Origin: Epiperipatus broadwayi
Taxonomy: Eukaryota > Animalia > Onychophora
DNA length: 64,000 nt
Assembly: GCA_028023455.1 (NCBI GenBank)
Contig: JAQFVV010000011.1
Coordinates: 868,001-932,000 of the forward strand
Reading direction: 5' to 3'
Position 1 is the stretch's first letter. Every line of letters starts with the position of its first letter. The notes beneath the pieces were generated by a model. It saw nothing but the letters and a program-made list of their open reading frames with translations, searched no databases and was not told the origin of the DNA. A program made the position numbers and the translations under genes. This document shows, in pieces, positions 13,411-27,060 of the stretch.

Positions 13411-13862
13411 TATAATTATACTTGTTTAAAAAAAAAAACCAACTAAATATAGTAAAATAATTATTTTAAATTTGTGCCCAGTAAATTCTTTTTTATGTTA
13501 TTCTCAAGTTTCATAATTTTGGATATGTGTTACCATAAAATAATATTTGATACAATAAATTTTTTGCTGATGATTTTACTGAAAGTTTTATCATTCAATA
13601 TCTCTGTTTAGTTTAGCTAAATTTTCAAAAACCATTTACAATTTAGAATAATTATCAATGTATGGATTTCTTAAAATAAATCCATATTCTGAAATAAACC
13701 TATTTGTCCTAATATAATATGCAGTTTATCATTTTTAACGCTCCATGTATAATGTGGATAATTAATTAAAAGCAATACTAATATCATAATATGCTCATAG
13801 AATACATTAAATACAACCTTAATGCTGATATTATAAATTTATTTAAATGCACATTGATTATG

Positions 13863-14484
13863 TAAGTAATATTTACTAAGGCTGTGAACCAGGGGTCCCC
13901 AACCCTATGCCCATGGGCACCATGGTGCCCACAGATCATTTTGTGTGCCTGCCGCTATCCAAACATGATAAAAAAAATATTTATCTGATACAAATGAATT
14001 TAATTTTTAAAATTTCTTATAAATTATTGTATTATATTGTAATAAAATTGTAGGGCATACTATACTTTTACAGCATAAAAATATTAACAATAATTATATG
14101 TTAAAATTTTATTTTTGAAATAAATATTTTTTTGTACATTATGTGTATTATTAACAATATCCAACTATAAATTTATATTGAAAAAATAAATGGTGCCCGC
14201 CATCTGGTTAAAAAAAATAAATGGTGCCCGCTACCTGGCTGGTATTATAGAATGTGCTCTTAAGTGCAAAAAGGTTGGGGACCCCTGCTGTAAACCTTAA
14301 GAATATGCACATGAAAATGCGAAGGTAGGCACCTATACAGGTCTTAACCACAAGCTTATGCTTTGGCAGAAAAGAGGGGAACCCTTCTTTACCATAAGCT
14401 TGTGGTTAAGACCTGTAGAGGTCCCTACCTTTGCATTTTCATATACATATTCTTAAGATTTACAGCATTAGTAAATATTACTTA
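13863..14484. mobile_element. Fold-back element family E, interrupted by a hAT MITE
   Basis: Arms taagtaatatttactaag...ccacaagcttatg / cataagcttgtgg...tagtaaatattactta; uninterrupted copy at 50112-50285. Confidence 0.8.
13890..14287. mobile_element. hAT-type MITE (398 bp)
   Basis: Perfect 15-bp TIR CAGGGGTCCCCAACC; 8-bp TSD ctgtgaac / ctgtaaac. Confidence 0.9.
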
Positions 14485-14856
14485 AAGCTGATAATAAAGT
14501 CCTTGATAGTGAAATGTAATGTTGAAGTCTGTATAACAATGTTATTCCCACTATAATGGCATTTAAACCACTAAATATCATACAATCACTATTTCATGTA
14601 TGGAGAGTTTTTTGTCTCTAATATAACTGCATTTAGTTTTCATTTAATATTATATTAAATAATATGTGTATTTTTTTTTATATAGTATATACTTAAAATA
14701 ATAAATTACTTTAACCTTTATGATTTTGTTTTATAATGATAATGACCTTATCATAGTATCACAGTAACATTGTGGTATAATTTTATTTCTGATTTTCATA
14801 ATTGCAAAATATCATTACGACCTGTACATGAGGGGTCAGAGTGACTTATGGTCAAC

Positions 14857-15215
14857 ATGGGTAAGATGAGCAGGTTGGCACCAATGTGGGCTTTGAGCCT
14901 TCCACCATCAGATTTTCAATGAAATGGACAGCTGAAGAGTTGTAGAGTGGAGTGGATTGAAGCCTATCCATTAAAGTATGAAGATTGGCTATCTTAATAT
15001 AAGCTGAGCATTGATTGTATACATGTGTGATGATAATCTGAACCAACTGACGAATGCTGGTTTAGCATGAAATACATATATTGGTGATTATTTTTCTTTT
15101 TGACATGTGGTGTATCAGCAATATGAAATAGCATGGATAGTTGAGAATTGTGTGAAAGTCTGAGTTCAAACCCCCTATATATTACATATTAGAATGCGGT
15201 ATGAAAAAGCCTGTA
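14857..15215 (+). mobile_element. Family A copy 2
   Basis: Family A similarity along its whole length; hammerhead at 15042-15085. Confidence 0.9.
15042..15085 (+). ncRNA. Type I hammerhead ribozyme (family A), intact core
   Basis: ACCAA-CTGACGA-ATGCT GGTTT AGCAT-GAAA-TACATA-TA-TTGGT; fully paired 5-bp stem II. Confidence 0.85.
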
Positions 15216-15545
15216 CTGTAGAAAAAATTCATATATTAACATCATTTTTATAATTTGTCATCACTGGTATATAAAAAAGAAAGTAATATAAGATAATGTT
15301 AATATATAAAATAGATGTCTAACACAAATTGACATTTTATCAACACTGCAAATATATAACTAATTGTAATTCTTCATGCACCATCTATCTATCATATTTT
15401 GTAAACTTTTAAGCATTAGATATTGATTTTTTTAAAAAAATTTATTTTAAAATAATGTGTTTCAATTTTCTCAATCATCAGGTGTTTTAGAAGTGATTAA
15501 CAATCCAACAATGTAACAATGTTATATAGTATTAATGCGCTAATT

Positions 15546-15895
15546 CTGTGTTTCTCAATCTTTTTCTCTCTGCGGATCGTTTAGATTACAGAAAAAAATT
15601 CCATGGACTGGTATCATAATTTAAATAAGATATATCTATGACATTATGTATATATTATAAAAGCTCAAAACTAGTACTTATTTAAAAATATATCAATTTG
15701 TGAAATATGACTGTGGGCGCAAATTGTACGATATAGCAGAACCTGCATGAAATCAGAGGTACATTTATTTATTTTCATTGAAAATTAGTTTTGAAATCTA
15801 TTTTGTAGTTATCAAATTAAGAGTATTTTTCATCGATGGGAAAATTTTTTCCATGGTCCGGCACCACTTCATAGACTGGCGGTTGAGAAGCATCG
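15546..15895. mobile_element. hAT-type MITE
   Basis: Degenerate TIRs ctgtgtttctcaatc / ggttgagaagcatcg; TSD cgctaatt / ctctaatt. Confidence 0.75.
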
Positions 15896-16544
15896 CTCTA
15901 ATTGGTATTAAAGCTTGAGCATCAAAATTGGCAGGATCCTTATTAGTAACAGCTTAATGTAAAGGTATGAAACAGGCTATTTAAAATTCACTTTCTTGCA
16001 CACAATAAATATCAGATTGGTCATTTTTTTCATTAATAGAAAATATTTAGAAATTTAAAAAATATGGTAAATGGCATATAAAGATATAATTTTTGTCTTA
16101 AATGTATAATTCCTATATATTCAAGTTTATTTATTTTATTAAAATATATATATAGTATACACATATGTATATATAGTATACACAAAAGAATAAATCGACA
16201 ATATAAAGATTGTTAATTAAAAATACAAAAAAGAAACTATTTAATCAAGAACTGTTAAAACAATAAACAGACTATCTGAAATAAGCATCAGATATTGAAT
16301 GTAAAGAGTAATTTAACATTTTTCTTTCCTTTTTTGTTTACAATATTTAAAACAATTGATTTATCATTAATTACAAGCTAGACTTTGTCTCCTTATGTTC
16401 CAATTTCAAATCAAATGTCACATATAAATCATTACAAAAATTGTAATTACCTTTAATTTTCTTGCTGATAGACAAGCTAGACTTGGGGGGGGGGGTAGCA
16501 TATTTTTAAAAGTATTTGCATGTACATAATGTAACATAACGTCA

Positions 16545-16648
16545 AGCGTGGGTGGCCGAGTGGTCAGCACAGCTGCCTTACAAGCAGTTGTCTCAGGTTC
16601 GCGGATTCGCTTCCCGGCTGATGCTTTGACACATGAAAAAAAAAAAAG
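16545..16648 (+). mobile_element. Short tRNA-derived SINE (family D), best-preserved copy
   Basis: A box TGGCCGAGTGG, anticodon arm GCTGC-CTTACAA-GCAGT, T-arm-like gcggattcgcttcccg, tail tgacacatg(A)n. Confidence 0.85.
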
Positions 16649-16769
16649 ATCATTAGATAAATAAGAATAATAAATAGTTGAGAATAAACTAGAGTTCTAA
16701 GGCAGTACTCCATCTCAAGCAACCAATAACCATGAACCCACGAACGCAAAAAATATACATGATCCTCAA

Positions 16770-16935
16770 TATAGACACTGTGCAGAACCAGCACTCATCA
16801 GCTGGACCAGATCATAATCTCCCACACATATATACAATGAGTGCTCTGATTATATTAAGATAGCAATTCCTCAAACTTTAATAGACAGGCTTCAATCTTC
16901 TCACCCTTCCAACTATTCAATCATCCATTCATTAA
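16770..16935 (-). mobile_element. Family A divergent partial copy
   Basis: Family A sequence up to CTGATGA-GTGC...GCAC, then unrelated sequence replaces GAAA and stem III. Confidence 0.7.
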
Positions 16936-17161
16936 AAAAACATTGTTGGATTTGATATTGTAGTTATACCCATGTAGATGTTATGTCAATCTAATCCCAC
17001 ACACTATCAGACTATTCCATATCTATATATATAGGAGATGAATGGGATGAACTTATACTAAGATGTAATTCCCCTCATAAACATTCCTTTAAGAAATTAG
17101 ATGTTTAACGAAGTAGTCAAAATTCATGCACACACACACATCTCTATAAAATAATTGCAAC

Positions 17162-17218
<57 letters not shown>

Positions 17219-17219
17219 G
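17162..17219. repeat. (AAT)n microsatellite
   Basis: About 19 direct units, then drifts to (AGT)n. Confidence 0.95.
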
Positions 17220-17481
17220 TAGTAGTAATATAGCTATATAAGTAAATAAAAAGCAATGACTTCCAGAACCTAGTAAGAAAATATCATATTTTGAAATGGT
17301 CAATAGTAAGACTACGGTACTTATAAATAAATATACTTATTGCATTAGTTTCAAATTCACATGACAAGCCCATTGGCATAGCTAGAATTTTAGGTCCTAT
17401 ATAAAATTTCATAAAAGACAATTTTTAACGTTTATAGTATATGCTTTCCACTACTTTTACTACTATCCTTTAATTTAATAT

Positions 17482-17760
17482 ATAAGGGATTCAAACTCAG
17501 ACTTTCACACAACCCTCAGCTCTCCATGCCATCTCATGTTGGTGATTCACCTGATCATACTCATGTTGAAAAGATAAATAATCACCAATATACATATTTC
17601 ATGCTAAACCAGCAATCATCAGTTGGTCCAGATTACCATCTCCACACATATATACAATCAGTGCTCAGCTTTATATTAAGATAGCCAATCTTCATACTTT
17701 AATGGACAGGCTTCAAACTACTCCAACCCACAACTATTCAGTCATCCATTTCTTGAAAAT
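17482..17760 (-). mobile_element. Family A copy with intact hammerhead at 17584-17627
   Basis: Minus strand ACCAA-CTGATGA-TTGCTGGTTTAGCAT-GAAA-TATGTA-TA-TTGGT. Confidence 0.9.
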
Positions 17761-18254
17761 TTAATTTAATGATCACAATCCAAAACGACCCCTAAAACCC
17801 AGAGGCCTATATACATTGCTTCTGTTTGCTTCATGACAAGGCAATGAACAAACCAAAACATTTAATAATACTCTAAGCAGTACATATTAAACTTAAAATT
17901 TATTTTTTAACGTTGATTCCAGATTTTTTTAAAAATGCATTGATAAGAAATAAATAATTGCAAATTTAACTTTCACTTTAGCATTTTGATATAAGTAAAA
18001 TTTTATTATAAGAATAAGACTCAAAATAAAAAAATAAATATTCATTTATTTTATCATTACCTCCCCCCCAAAAAAAAAGCTTTTATAGAAGTCATAATTT
18101 TTATTCCCTCATTCAACTTGCAATATGAATGAATAAATGCAATGCAATCTATTAAAAATTAACAGAAAAATATATTGTGACCTTGTTGTAAATATATTGT
18201 GAAGTTTTGGTTCTGTAAGTCAAAGATAAGTGATTTGCATAATACATCACTGCA

Positions 18255-19195
18255 ATAAAAAATAAAGAGCTCTGCTAATTTGCTCTAACAAGCTTTATTG
18301 ATAAATGCCAGCCAAACAAAGCATTTAAAAATCTAGATCTTGAAAACCATTCCTTAGCCTCAGACCAATGGTTTCATGCTTTGACACTCCTCAGTGAGGA
18401 GCTACGATAGTTTCAGACATTAGATCTAAAATTACCAAGCCAAAGCCAGCCTTTATATAAAAGCTAACTATTAAGTAGAAAATCTGAAATTTTTAGACAA
18501 TTAAATGTTTTCAAATCCAGCTGTCTAACTTAAATCGCTATATGGGGCTAAGAGATCTTCAGCCAAACCACATATTAATAACCTTAGCAATATAACATTG
18601 CTTAAGATTTTAAAGCAAAGTCTATAAATAGTCAACAAAAAAAATCAAAGTTATATATCACCTGACAATTTTTAAGCTTGTTAGAGCAAATTAACAGAGT
18701 TTTTTATTTTTTATTTACAAGCTTAAAAATTGAGTCATGTGATATATGACTTTGATTTTTTGTTGACTATTTATAGTCTTTGTTTTAATGTCTTAAGTAA
18801 TGCTATATTGCTAAGGCTATTAACATATAGTTTGGCTGAAGATCTCTCAAACTCCATATAGCTATTTAAATTAGATAGCTGGGTTTGAAGTCATTTAGGT
18901 GTCTAAAAATTTAAGATTTTCTACTTAATAGTTAACTTTTAGATAAATACTGGCTTTGGCTTGGTATTTTTAGATCTAGTGTCTGAAACTACCCTAGTAC
19001 CTCACTGAGGGGTGCAAAAGTATGAAACCATTGGTCTGAGGCTAAAGAGTGGTTTTAAAGATAGAGCCTATTTTTAAATGCTTTGTTTGCCTGGCATTTA
19101 TCGATAAAGCTTACTATAGCAAATTAGCAGAGCTCTTTATTTTTTATTTACAAGCTTAAAAATTGAGTCGTGTATATAAGATTTTTATTTTTTGT
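18255..19195. mobile_element. Family C inverted pair (antisense, then longer-than-monomer sense)
   Basis: 18255-18670 is complementary to 18730-19195; gcaaatta.cagag...caagcttaaaaattgagtc recurs at about 18686 and 19118 (period about 432 nt). Confidence 0.9.
18358..18399 (-). ncRNA. Type I hammerhead ribozyme (family C), intact core
   Basis: CCTCA-CTGAGGA-GTGT CAAA GCAT-GAAA-CCATTGG-TC-TGAGG; partner at 19000-19041 (+) has A9 changed to G. Confidence 0.8.
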
Positions 19196-19459
19196 TCACT
19201 GCAATACTTTATAATCATGTTTTGAATCTTGGCTAAAAAACTACTAAACTTTAGCATATACAAGAATATTTTGCAAGATACACTACTATTCTAATGTAAG
19301 TGCAATAATATTTGAACACTCCTTACACCTTCAATACAATGCAATATCTTTATTAAATCCTGCAATTCAAATAGAAGCCTAAACTGCACAATATCTTACT
19401 CAGAGCTTTTTTTACTGCTCTACTAACAAACTTAAAAAAGTCACACGATCACTATTGTT

Positions 19460-19712
19460 TTTGTTCAACTCTCTCCATACAGTAGCGCCACTCAGTGCCT
19501 GTGCATAAAATCCCTATCTGGTGCCTACTAATCCAATATCCCCAGACTAGTAAGGCTCCTCACTGATAAAAAGCACAAACTAGAAAGTAGTCTGGGGCTA
19601 TTGGATGAGTAGGCGCCAGATAGGAATTTTATGCGCAAGCTTTTCTGCCTCCATTGATTATTCTGGTTTGCACTGAGTGGTGCTACTGTAGGGTGAGTTT
19701 GCCTCTGTTTAA
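19460..19712. mobile_element. Family B inverted copy
   Basis: Antisense 19460-19550, then sense with a degenerate hammerhead (CTGATAA) at 19557-19597. Confidence 0.85.
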
Positions 19713-20750
19713 ACTTAAAAAGATTGACAGTTATTGCTGTTTAATCTATAAAGGAATATTAAAAATTTATCAGTATTTTTTATGTGTTAGAGTATATATA
19801 TGAATGTAATAAAGATTCATATAAATACAATTAAATATTTTATTAATATATATATATAATGGTTCTATATCATTCATATGATAGGTTGGCTTAGTATGGT
19901 ATTTGGCTGATATGCAACTATTAAGCTAAGGAATTTCAGGTGCCTTTCAAGATTGACCTAATACTTCCAGCTGTACTGTGACAGCTTAACTCGTAGGTAC
20001 TGTGAACCCTTCCGCTATTCTGTGACAGCTTGTCTTGTGTCTAATTTACCTTCTAAAAGCTTCCAGTTTTAGCTTGAACTTGCCTCATTGCTTCGGCCAT
20101 ATCATGGACAATGTGCATACTGCCATTCAGCGTTGATAGTAATTTGTTGCTGTCTGACTTTACCTCCAACTGAACTCACTTTCCATAATGAAAGTAATTG
20201 AATTTACTGAGCAGGCATCATTTATTGGCCTGTTACTAGTATTGGATATATCTGATCTATTTATATATCCATAGGTCTGTAATGATGAATGCTTAATCCA
20301 ATCATGATAAGATAGAATTTGGACTAGTCCATTAGTTAAAGGTAAGTTGAAATATAACACTATGATATACATTCTTGTAAAGTCTAATTTTATATATTAA
20401 ACAATGAATCACTTTCTCTGCTAATTTTTTTCATTAGTATTAGAAGTAGAAATTAATTTTATCAATTTAATTTCAAAGTTATTATTATAAGTTTGAGATA
20501 TCACTAGCTTCTGCCTATAGGTTTTGTCAATGAGGATTTATTAGATTCACACCCACCCATTTAGCAGCAATCAAAGTTAAGGATTTGCACATAGTTATAT
20601 AGATCATTAGTTAGCATCCATATATTTTGATGCCTTTATACTAATTATAGCCATCTTGAATCATTTGAAAGGGATGGTATATACCAACAACACACAACAC
20701 AATTTTTGTATACCTGCTTGCTTTCAACATCCACATTAGGAGTAGTGATT

Positions 20751-20988
20751 AATTATTTTTATTCTTAAAAAAAAAAAAATTAAGAAAATAGGACTAACTG
20801 TAAATGTTACAGTTTACCATTAAGGAGAAAATAAATAATTGACAAATAGATAAAAATAATAATAGAATTTAATTATTTTTATTCTTAAAAAAAAAAAATT
20901 AAGAAAATAGGACTAACTGTAAATGTTACAGTTTACCATTAAGGAGAAAATAAATAATTGACAAATAGATAAAAATAATAATAGAATT
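20751..20988 (+). repeat. Near-exact 120-bp tandem duplication
   Basis: 20751-20870 repeated at 20871-20988; differs mainly in one poly(A) length. Confidence 0.95.
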
Positions 20989-21309
20989 AAACTAATATTC
21001 TTGACAGAACTAATTCAGTATTAAAAGAAGATATGGATATATGTTTGAAAAGTTAGATTTTTAATAGATGTTGCTAATTCTGACATATGGATCTGCAACT
21101 TGGATTCTTAACAGGAAGAGTAATATAGAAACTTCAGACCACACAAAACAAGAAAAATTGAAATCAAAATATATGAAAGTATAAACAAACAGTTATCAAT
21201 GACATTATTGCATGGTATGGTTTAGTGCAGTGATAGAGAGTGCCAATTGTGGAGCTCAAGGTCTATGGATCATGTTCAAACACCATCAGTTCTGATACTT
21301 GAACTTCTT

Positions 21310-21610
21310 ATAGACTCCTAAACTTATGGATCCCTAAAAGAATAAATCTTTTTTTTCATTATTGATATTATAGAGAGAATTAAAAGAACAAAATAGAAGT
21401 GAGCTGAATATGTTGATAGAAAAATTGGCAATAGATGAACAGATGGAATATTGAAATGAATCTCTAGAAATTGTAAAAGATCCAGAAAAAGACCATATGT
21501 AAGATGGAAGGATAAGATTCCATTGAAATAATAAAAGAAAAGCTGCAGACTGGAGAAACTGGATCAAACTCGAAGAGATCTTGATCCTGCAGCAGATCAA
21601 TAATGTTTGA
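21310..21610 (+). mobile_element. Decayed RTE-type LINE 3' end, preceded by family H repeat (21208-21310)
   Basis: aaaagaccatatgtaagatgg...gatcctgcagcagatcaataatg parallels the RP..RW...FILQW end of RTE. Confidence 0.55.
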
Positions 21611-21879
21611 AAATTCCTCAGAGCTATCTATCTTAATATACTTTAAAGCTGATAATTTCTGCTATACCAATAGTGTACTTTCACTTTGCATTACTTAGAT
21701 TGTTAGTTAGTTCATAATGAATCTGGAATAAACATTGTATAATACGAAATTGAAGAAAAGCAACAACAAGTTATCGCTAATGTGGAACAAAGGTTTATTG
21801 CTTAATCACTATAGTTTTCTATGAATATATATATATTGAACCGTAAAATGTAACTGTCCTTCAGAACTGAAAGCTTCTT

Positions 21880-22720
21880 ATTTTACTTATGTATATATTA
21901 TTGACTAAACAGGAAGTAATAACGTAAATGACAGATGATATCATTTGTCCTTTAGCATTGGAAGCCAGAGCTACTTTCTATTCAATTACATATAATCTGA
22001 GTTATTTATATTTATTATGTTACATTAACAAAAATAAAAACTGGAATTTTTTTTTTCTTTAATCACACTAATTGCAAAATTAAAAATTCTTATTCGTCAT
22101 TCCCTTAAAAACAAATCATCAGCAGCAATTATTCGTGAGTACGGCCAATCGAACATCATAAAAAAAATAAAATAAAAAGCACAAACAATGAGTTTTACTA
22201 CGATCATATAAACCAATCCGTAAAGCACAAATGCTTCAACATATTTATTGTATTTATTTGATATCTAATACGCTATCTTTTAACTTTAAAGACCTTGTCC
22301 CCAATTATAACCCTGAATCGTATTCTATTCACAGCCAGATCTTCACAATAAAAGCAATCAACATTGCACATACTTAGTGACTTTGAGATAATCTTTATAA
22401 CGGAAACAATAAAACAAATAAGACCATTCTTATCCACACATTATATTTACTTTAACAATTACAAATGAAAAGAAAAATCCATTAAAGACATATTTAAAAT
22501 TTCATTTACGACTTTACAAACCCAATGCAAATACACATTCAGTTATTTTTTAACCAAATCCTATTAATTCATTAGAAGTTTTAAACTGAACGATTCAAGT
22601 CAAAATTTACATTAACATGGAAAAACCAGTCAAAACAACGCAAGGAAAAAAATTTCAATTCTAACGAAGACGCTGCCAAGACGGCCGGCTGACGAATAAT
22701 TATTTAATTATTAAAATACT
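21880..22720. promoter_or_regulatory. Locally CpG-retaining region, possible promoter
   Basis: CG dinucleotides visibly denser than background; CCAAT at ~22145 and ~22214; ETS-like acaggaagt at ~21909 and ~22829. Confidence 0.3.
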
Positions 22721-24330
22721 TATTTGAAACATTTAATAACACAAAAACATCCTGATTAGATGAAACTTGGACAATAAAAATTATTATTTTAAATCAAGAA
22801 TGTTGGCAACTATTTTAAAAACAAATACAGGAAGTTAACGTTATACTGTACTAATATTAGGATTAAGAATATATGCGTGTTTGTACATACACACACATAC
22901 AGCTTAAATTTAAACATCAGTGGAACGATGATCAAATATTTTTTGATGTCATAGTATGCTTACAGTGATTTCAAAAACAAAAGTGTTTCAATAATACATA
23001 TCTTTTAATGGTATAATAAAGTTCTAAAACTCTTATAATAAATGATATTAATAGAATGGCAAACTACAACGCACAATAAACAAATATCATTTGGTTGTGA
23101 TATTCTCACAGTTAGTTAACCTATCTTGAGGTAGAAAAGGTAACATATACCATCAATCTCATAAACAATTACTAGCTTATTGTAGGGGAAAGGTAATTTT
23201 GATATATATTCAAAATCTTCCTTCACAAGATTCTATTCATTAAATATTAATCCAGATTTCTTTACAGATGTAATGATAAAAAGTAAATAAATGCAGAACT
23301 AAAAAATTGTAATAACAAATTTGACTTTAGCCCTTTATTTTTTATACCAAGACTAAGACTGCTTTTTTGGATCCATTCAAGTAAACCCTCTAATTGTAAT
23401 ACTTAAGCCATAAGCTCGAAATGGAAATGTTCTGGATAGAGATTTTAAATATTTTCTCATACTGCACTTATTAATTAAGATGTGATGTGATGTATTGTAG
23501 CTTCTTTTTAAACGAAATCAAGAATCTCTCAGCAATTATGCCCAGAGCTTGTTTGAGCTATTGGTACGCTCTCCATATTGCATTTTTGTAACTACAAGCT
23601 TATAAAAGTAATGTCACGTTATATATGACTTGCTTATTTAATTATTACCCTATAATTGTGTCACATGATCATACCATATTCATTTCAATTTTTTAATTCA
23701 TAAGTACAGTATTGCAAATTTTTGTTGATTTTTGTATTTAATCAATCATTATTTCCTAATTCCAAATATATGCAGCTCTTATAAATAGTATTTTTTTATT
23801 CTTACTATAATATTATTTAATAAAGGCCAAGATTAATAACCATATGTAAGACTAATTCTAAGCAATGATGATAAAGATTTAACATGGAAACAAATCCTTC
23901 AAAAAATCATATCTCATCACCATTACGAAAAGTTAATAGTTACTAAAAAAAAAAAATCAAGATTTGTAAATCTATTATATTTTATTACCACAAATAAATA
24001 ATTCGTTTCCAAAATAATTAATAATTAATCCTCCAACTACCTTTGAATTTATTTAGTGAAAGACTAGATTTTTTTTTTTTTAATTTTGAACAAGTAAATT
24101 TCTTAATTTATTATTTTAAATGATTCAAAAATAAATCTACAATCAATACTTTATTTGTAAAGAATTGGATGAGATCATAGAATATTAACAAAATATAATT
24201 TATTATTTGGTTTATTCGTTCTAAATAATGCTTTTTGCGTAGGATTACAAAAAGATTATTAATAATACTGGTAATGTTTATGTAAGAATTGATATACCAG
24301 GTATTCTTAAACCTGGAGTCTAATTGTAAA

Positions 24331-24640
24331 TATAGGGGATTTGAACTCATATTTTCAAGCCACTTCACTATCCATATTATTTCATACTACTGATACACAT
24401 GACCCACATGCAGAAAAGATAAATAATCACCAATATACATATTTCATGCTAAACCAGCACTCATCAGTTGGTCCAGATTACCATCTCCCATACATATATA
24501 TATAATCACTGCTCGGTTTACATTAAGATAGCAAATCCTTACACTTTAATGGACAGGCTTCAACCTACTGCCACCCCCAACTCTTTTAGCCATCCATATC
24601 ATTGAAATTCTGATGATAGAGTTCCCAAATTCCATGCTGA
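24331..24640 (-). mobile_element. Family A copy with intact hammerhead at 24429-24472
   Basis: Minus strand ACCAA-CTGATGA-GTGCTGGTTTAGCAT-GAAA-TATGTA-TA-TTGGT. Confidence 0.9.
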
Positions 24641-25559
24641 TGCCAATATTGTTGTAAAATACAAAACGACCAATAGAAAGAAAAAAAAAAGTGTTTATAT
24701 ATTATACTGAAGTTTTATATGTATTACCACCAACTTTCATTTTCAATATAATAATGATCATTCAAAGTAACAAATTAAGAATCATTTCAGTTTTTTTAAT
24801 GACTATGCAAGTTTTGTCTTAGATAGACCTTCTTCACTCATATATTTCATTATTAAAATAAAAATACTTCCAAAAAAATAAGATTTTAAACTGCATTCAT
24901 AAGTAAAAACTAGTTAATTATCAATAATACATTATAATAAATACAGACAAGTTTAAACTGGAATGAGATAAAAGTTCCTATTTCTATTTCCACCATTCTG
25001 GATTAACCTGATATAGTTAGATTTCTTTAGATGGAAGTTTCAAACTTTATAAACCTAGAATGGTGAAGAATTGAATAATTTATAGAGAAGAAATAAAATT
25101 AATAATAAATTACTTGGAAACTTTAATAAAAGCAAAATAAAAGTTTTTTTTAAATAAATGAAAAATTTGAAGCATAATAAAAAAATATAAACAAGATCTA
25201 AACTTTAGTGACATCTATAGTAAGCTTGAGTAATTATGATTACCATACTAGTACACTTAAATCCGCAATCACAGACCTGGCTCTGGTCTTTGTTTTTATA
25301 ATTAAATTGTTTATTACTTAAGAGTTCATAAGAACACTGAAAGTGTCAGATCTGGGCTATGGTTCATGGGCCTTGAGTTTCAGATTCCATCATTTTACCA
25401 CTCACCCAAACCCTGCAGAGAGTAACTTGTGTCAATGACACTTGGGATTCAAATGCAGTTATGCATCTGATGACCATTTTTCATTCCTTGTCTACTGAGT
25501 GGTATATGTTAATGAAAATACAAATTGTATTATTCAATGACGAGAAAAGACAACTCAGC

Positions 25560-27060
25560 TGTATATAAAAACAAAACAATGCAAATAATTTTAAAGAAAA
25601 AATACAGATGAAAGGAAAAAGATTATAAAACATAGTTAGAGGATCAATAGTCAGCTCTAAAAAAATTGAAAAGTAAAAAAGTAATAGGTTTAGGAGGACA
25701 TACAGTAGAAATGCAGATAAATCTTGCAAATGTTTATAATATGCGTGCAACAGAACTTTCAGATACAAAAGTAAAAACCATAAAAAAAACCTAATTAATT
25801 ATAGATCAATTGCCAAGACATTAAAGTATTTGCTTATATGCTGGTTGGAAATGGAGAAAATACAGGTTTTCAACTTAATCTCTGTATAAATGTTGGCGAT
25901 GGGATTAAGAAATCGGTAAACATTTATATATAACACTTATAGATATAAAGAAAACTTATGATGGAATGAATAGAAATAGATTGTGGATAAGTTTATAAAA
26001 TTGGGAATAGGTGGAGTATAAGTGCACCTGAGTAGAAAATTTATGCGAAAATAATTGGAAAATATAGTCAATTAGGTACAAATAGTGCAGAATTCATATA
26101 CAATGTTCAATGTTCTTTATATTAGAAATACAATTTATCCAAACCACTTCAAACACTTTTTAGCAAAACTCTTTATTCGAAAACGTAGGTATATGTATAT
26201 GTACAAATAAAGAGTTTTGCTAAAAAGTGTTTGAAGCGGTTTGGATAAATTGTATTTATAGGATATTAAGGCAAAATAAAGAAAACTGTGATTTTGGATC
26301 TTTATATTGTTTTTATAGTAGTTAAAAGAAATTAAATTAGCAATTAGAAAAAATGTTAAAATATCTTTAAAGGATGATAAGAGTTTATATGTTTTATTGG
26401 GTCTTTGCTAATACTGTATATATTCTTGGGTGCAGAAAATAAGGAAAATATTTTGGCAACTTATTGAGGATTGGATAAAGAAATGGAGATTAAATTTGGT
26501 GAGGAAAAGTTAAAAGCAATGGTAATTATTGTCAAAAAAAGAATGGGGGGGGGGGAGGAGTTTTTAAGATAAAAAATATATAATTATTTAGTGATTATTT
26601 TGAATGATTAAAAAAGATTATTCAAGTGATTGAGAAATAAAATTAATAAATGGTTTTTTTTAAAAAAGGATAAACAAATTAATATCATAGATATAACAAA
26701 AAAAAATACTATGCAAAGCAGTGGGTATATTAAATTAAGTTTAGCATATAGACATGATATATTAAATATCTTAAAGAGAATTCAAAAAAAAAAATAGAAA
26801 ATATGTGTTAAATGTGGAAATATGAACAGCAGATGAAGCAATTCAAAAGATGACAGGAAGCTCAAATTTTACATCAGAGATAAAAAAACAACAACTACAA
26901 GATAAATTGCAGTCTATGGATAGTAATAGTTTTTAATTAGATTTGAACAAACTACAAGACAAATGAAAAAAAAATAGAATATGTTAAAAGCATTATGTTG
27001 TTACAATAGTAATGAATGGAATACCAAAGATTAACATAAGACTGAGAATTAGAACTTAAT
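25560..27060 (+). mobile_element. Highly decayed LINE reverse-transcriptase remnants
   Basis: FANTVYILGAENKENIL (about 26406) resembles FADDIVILAE; later KYNYLVIILND resembles the KYLG motif; many stops. Confidence 0.45.
26128..26257. repeat. Near-perfect fold-back hairpin (arms about 50 bp)
   Basis: aaatacaatttatccaaaaccacttcaaacactttttagcaaaactctttt and its complement differ by 1 mismatch; spacer about 30 nt. Confidence 0.9.

Noticed and set aside
16545-16635. tRNA-Val(TAC) gene
   Set aside because: Non-canonical T loop, long variable arm, poly(A) tail and five diverged siblings indicate a SINE
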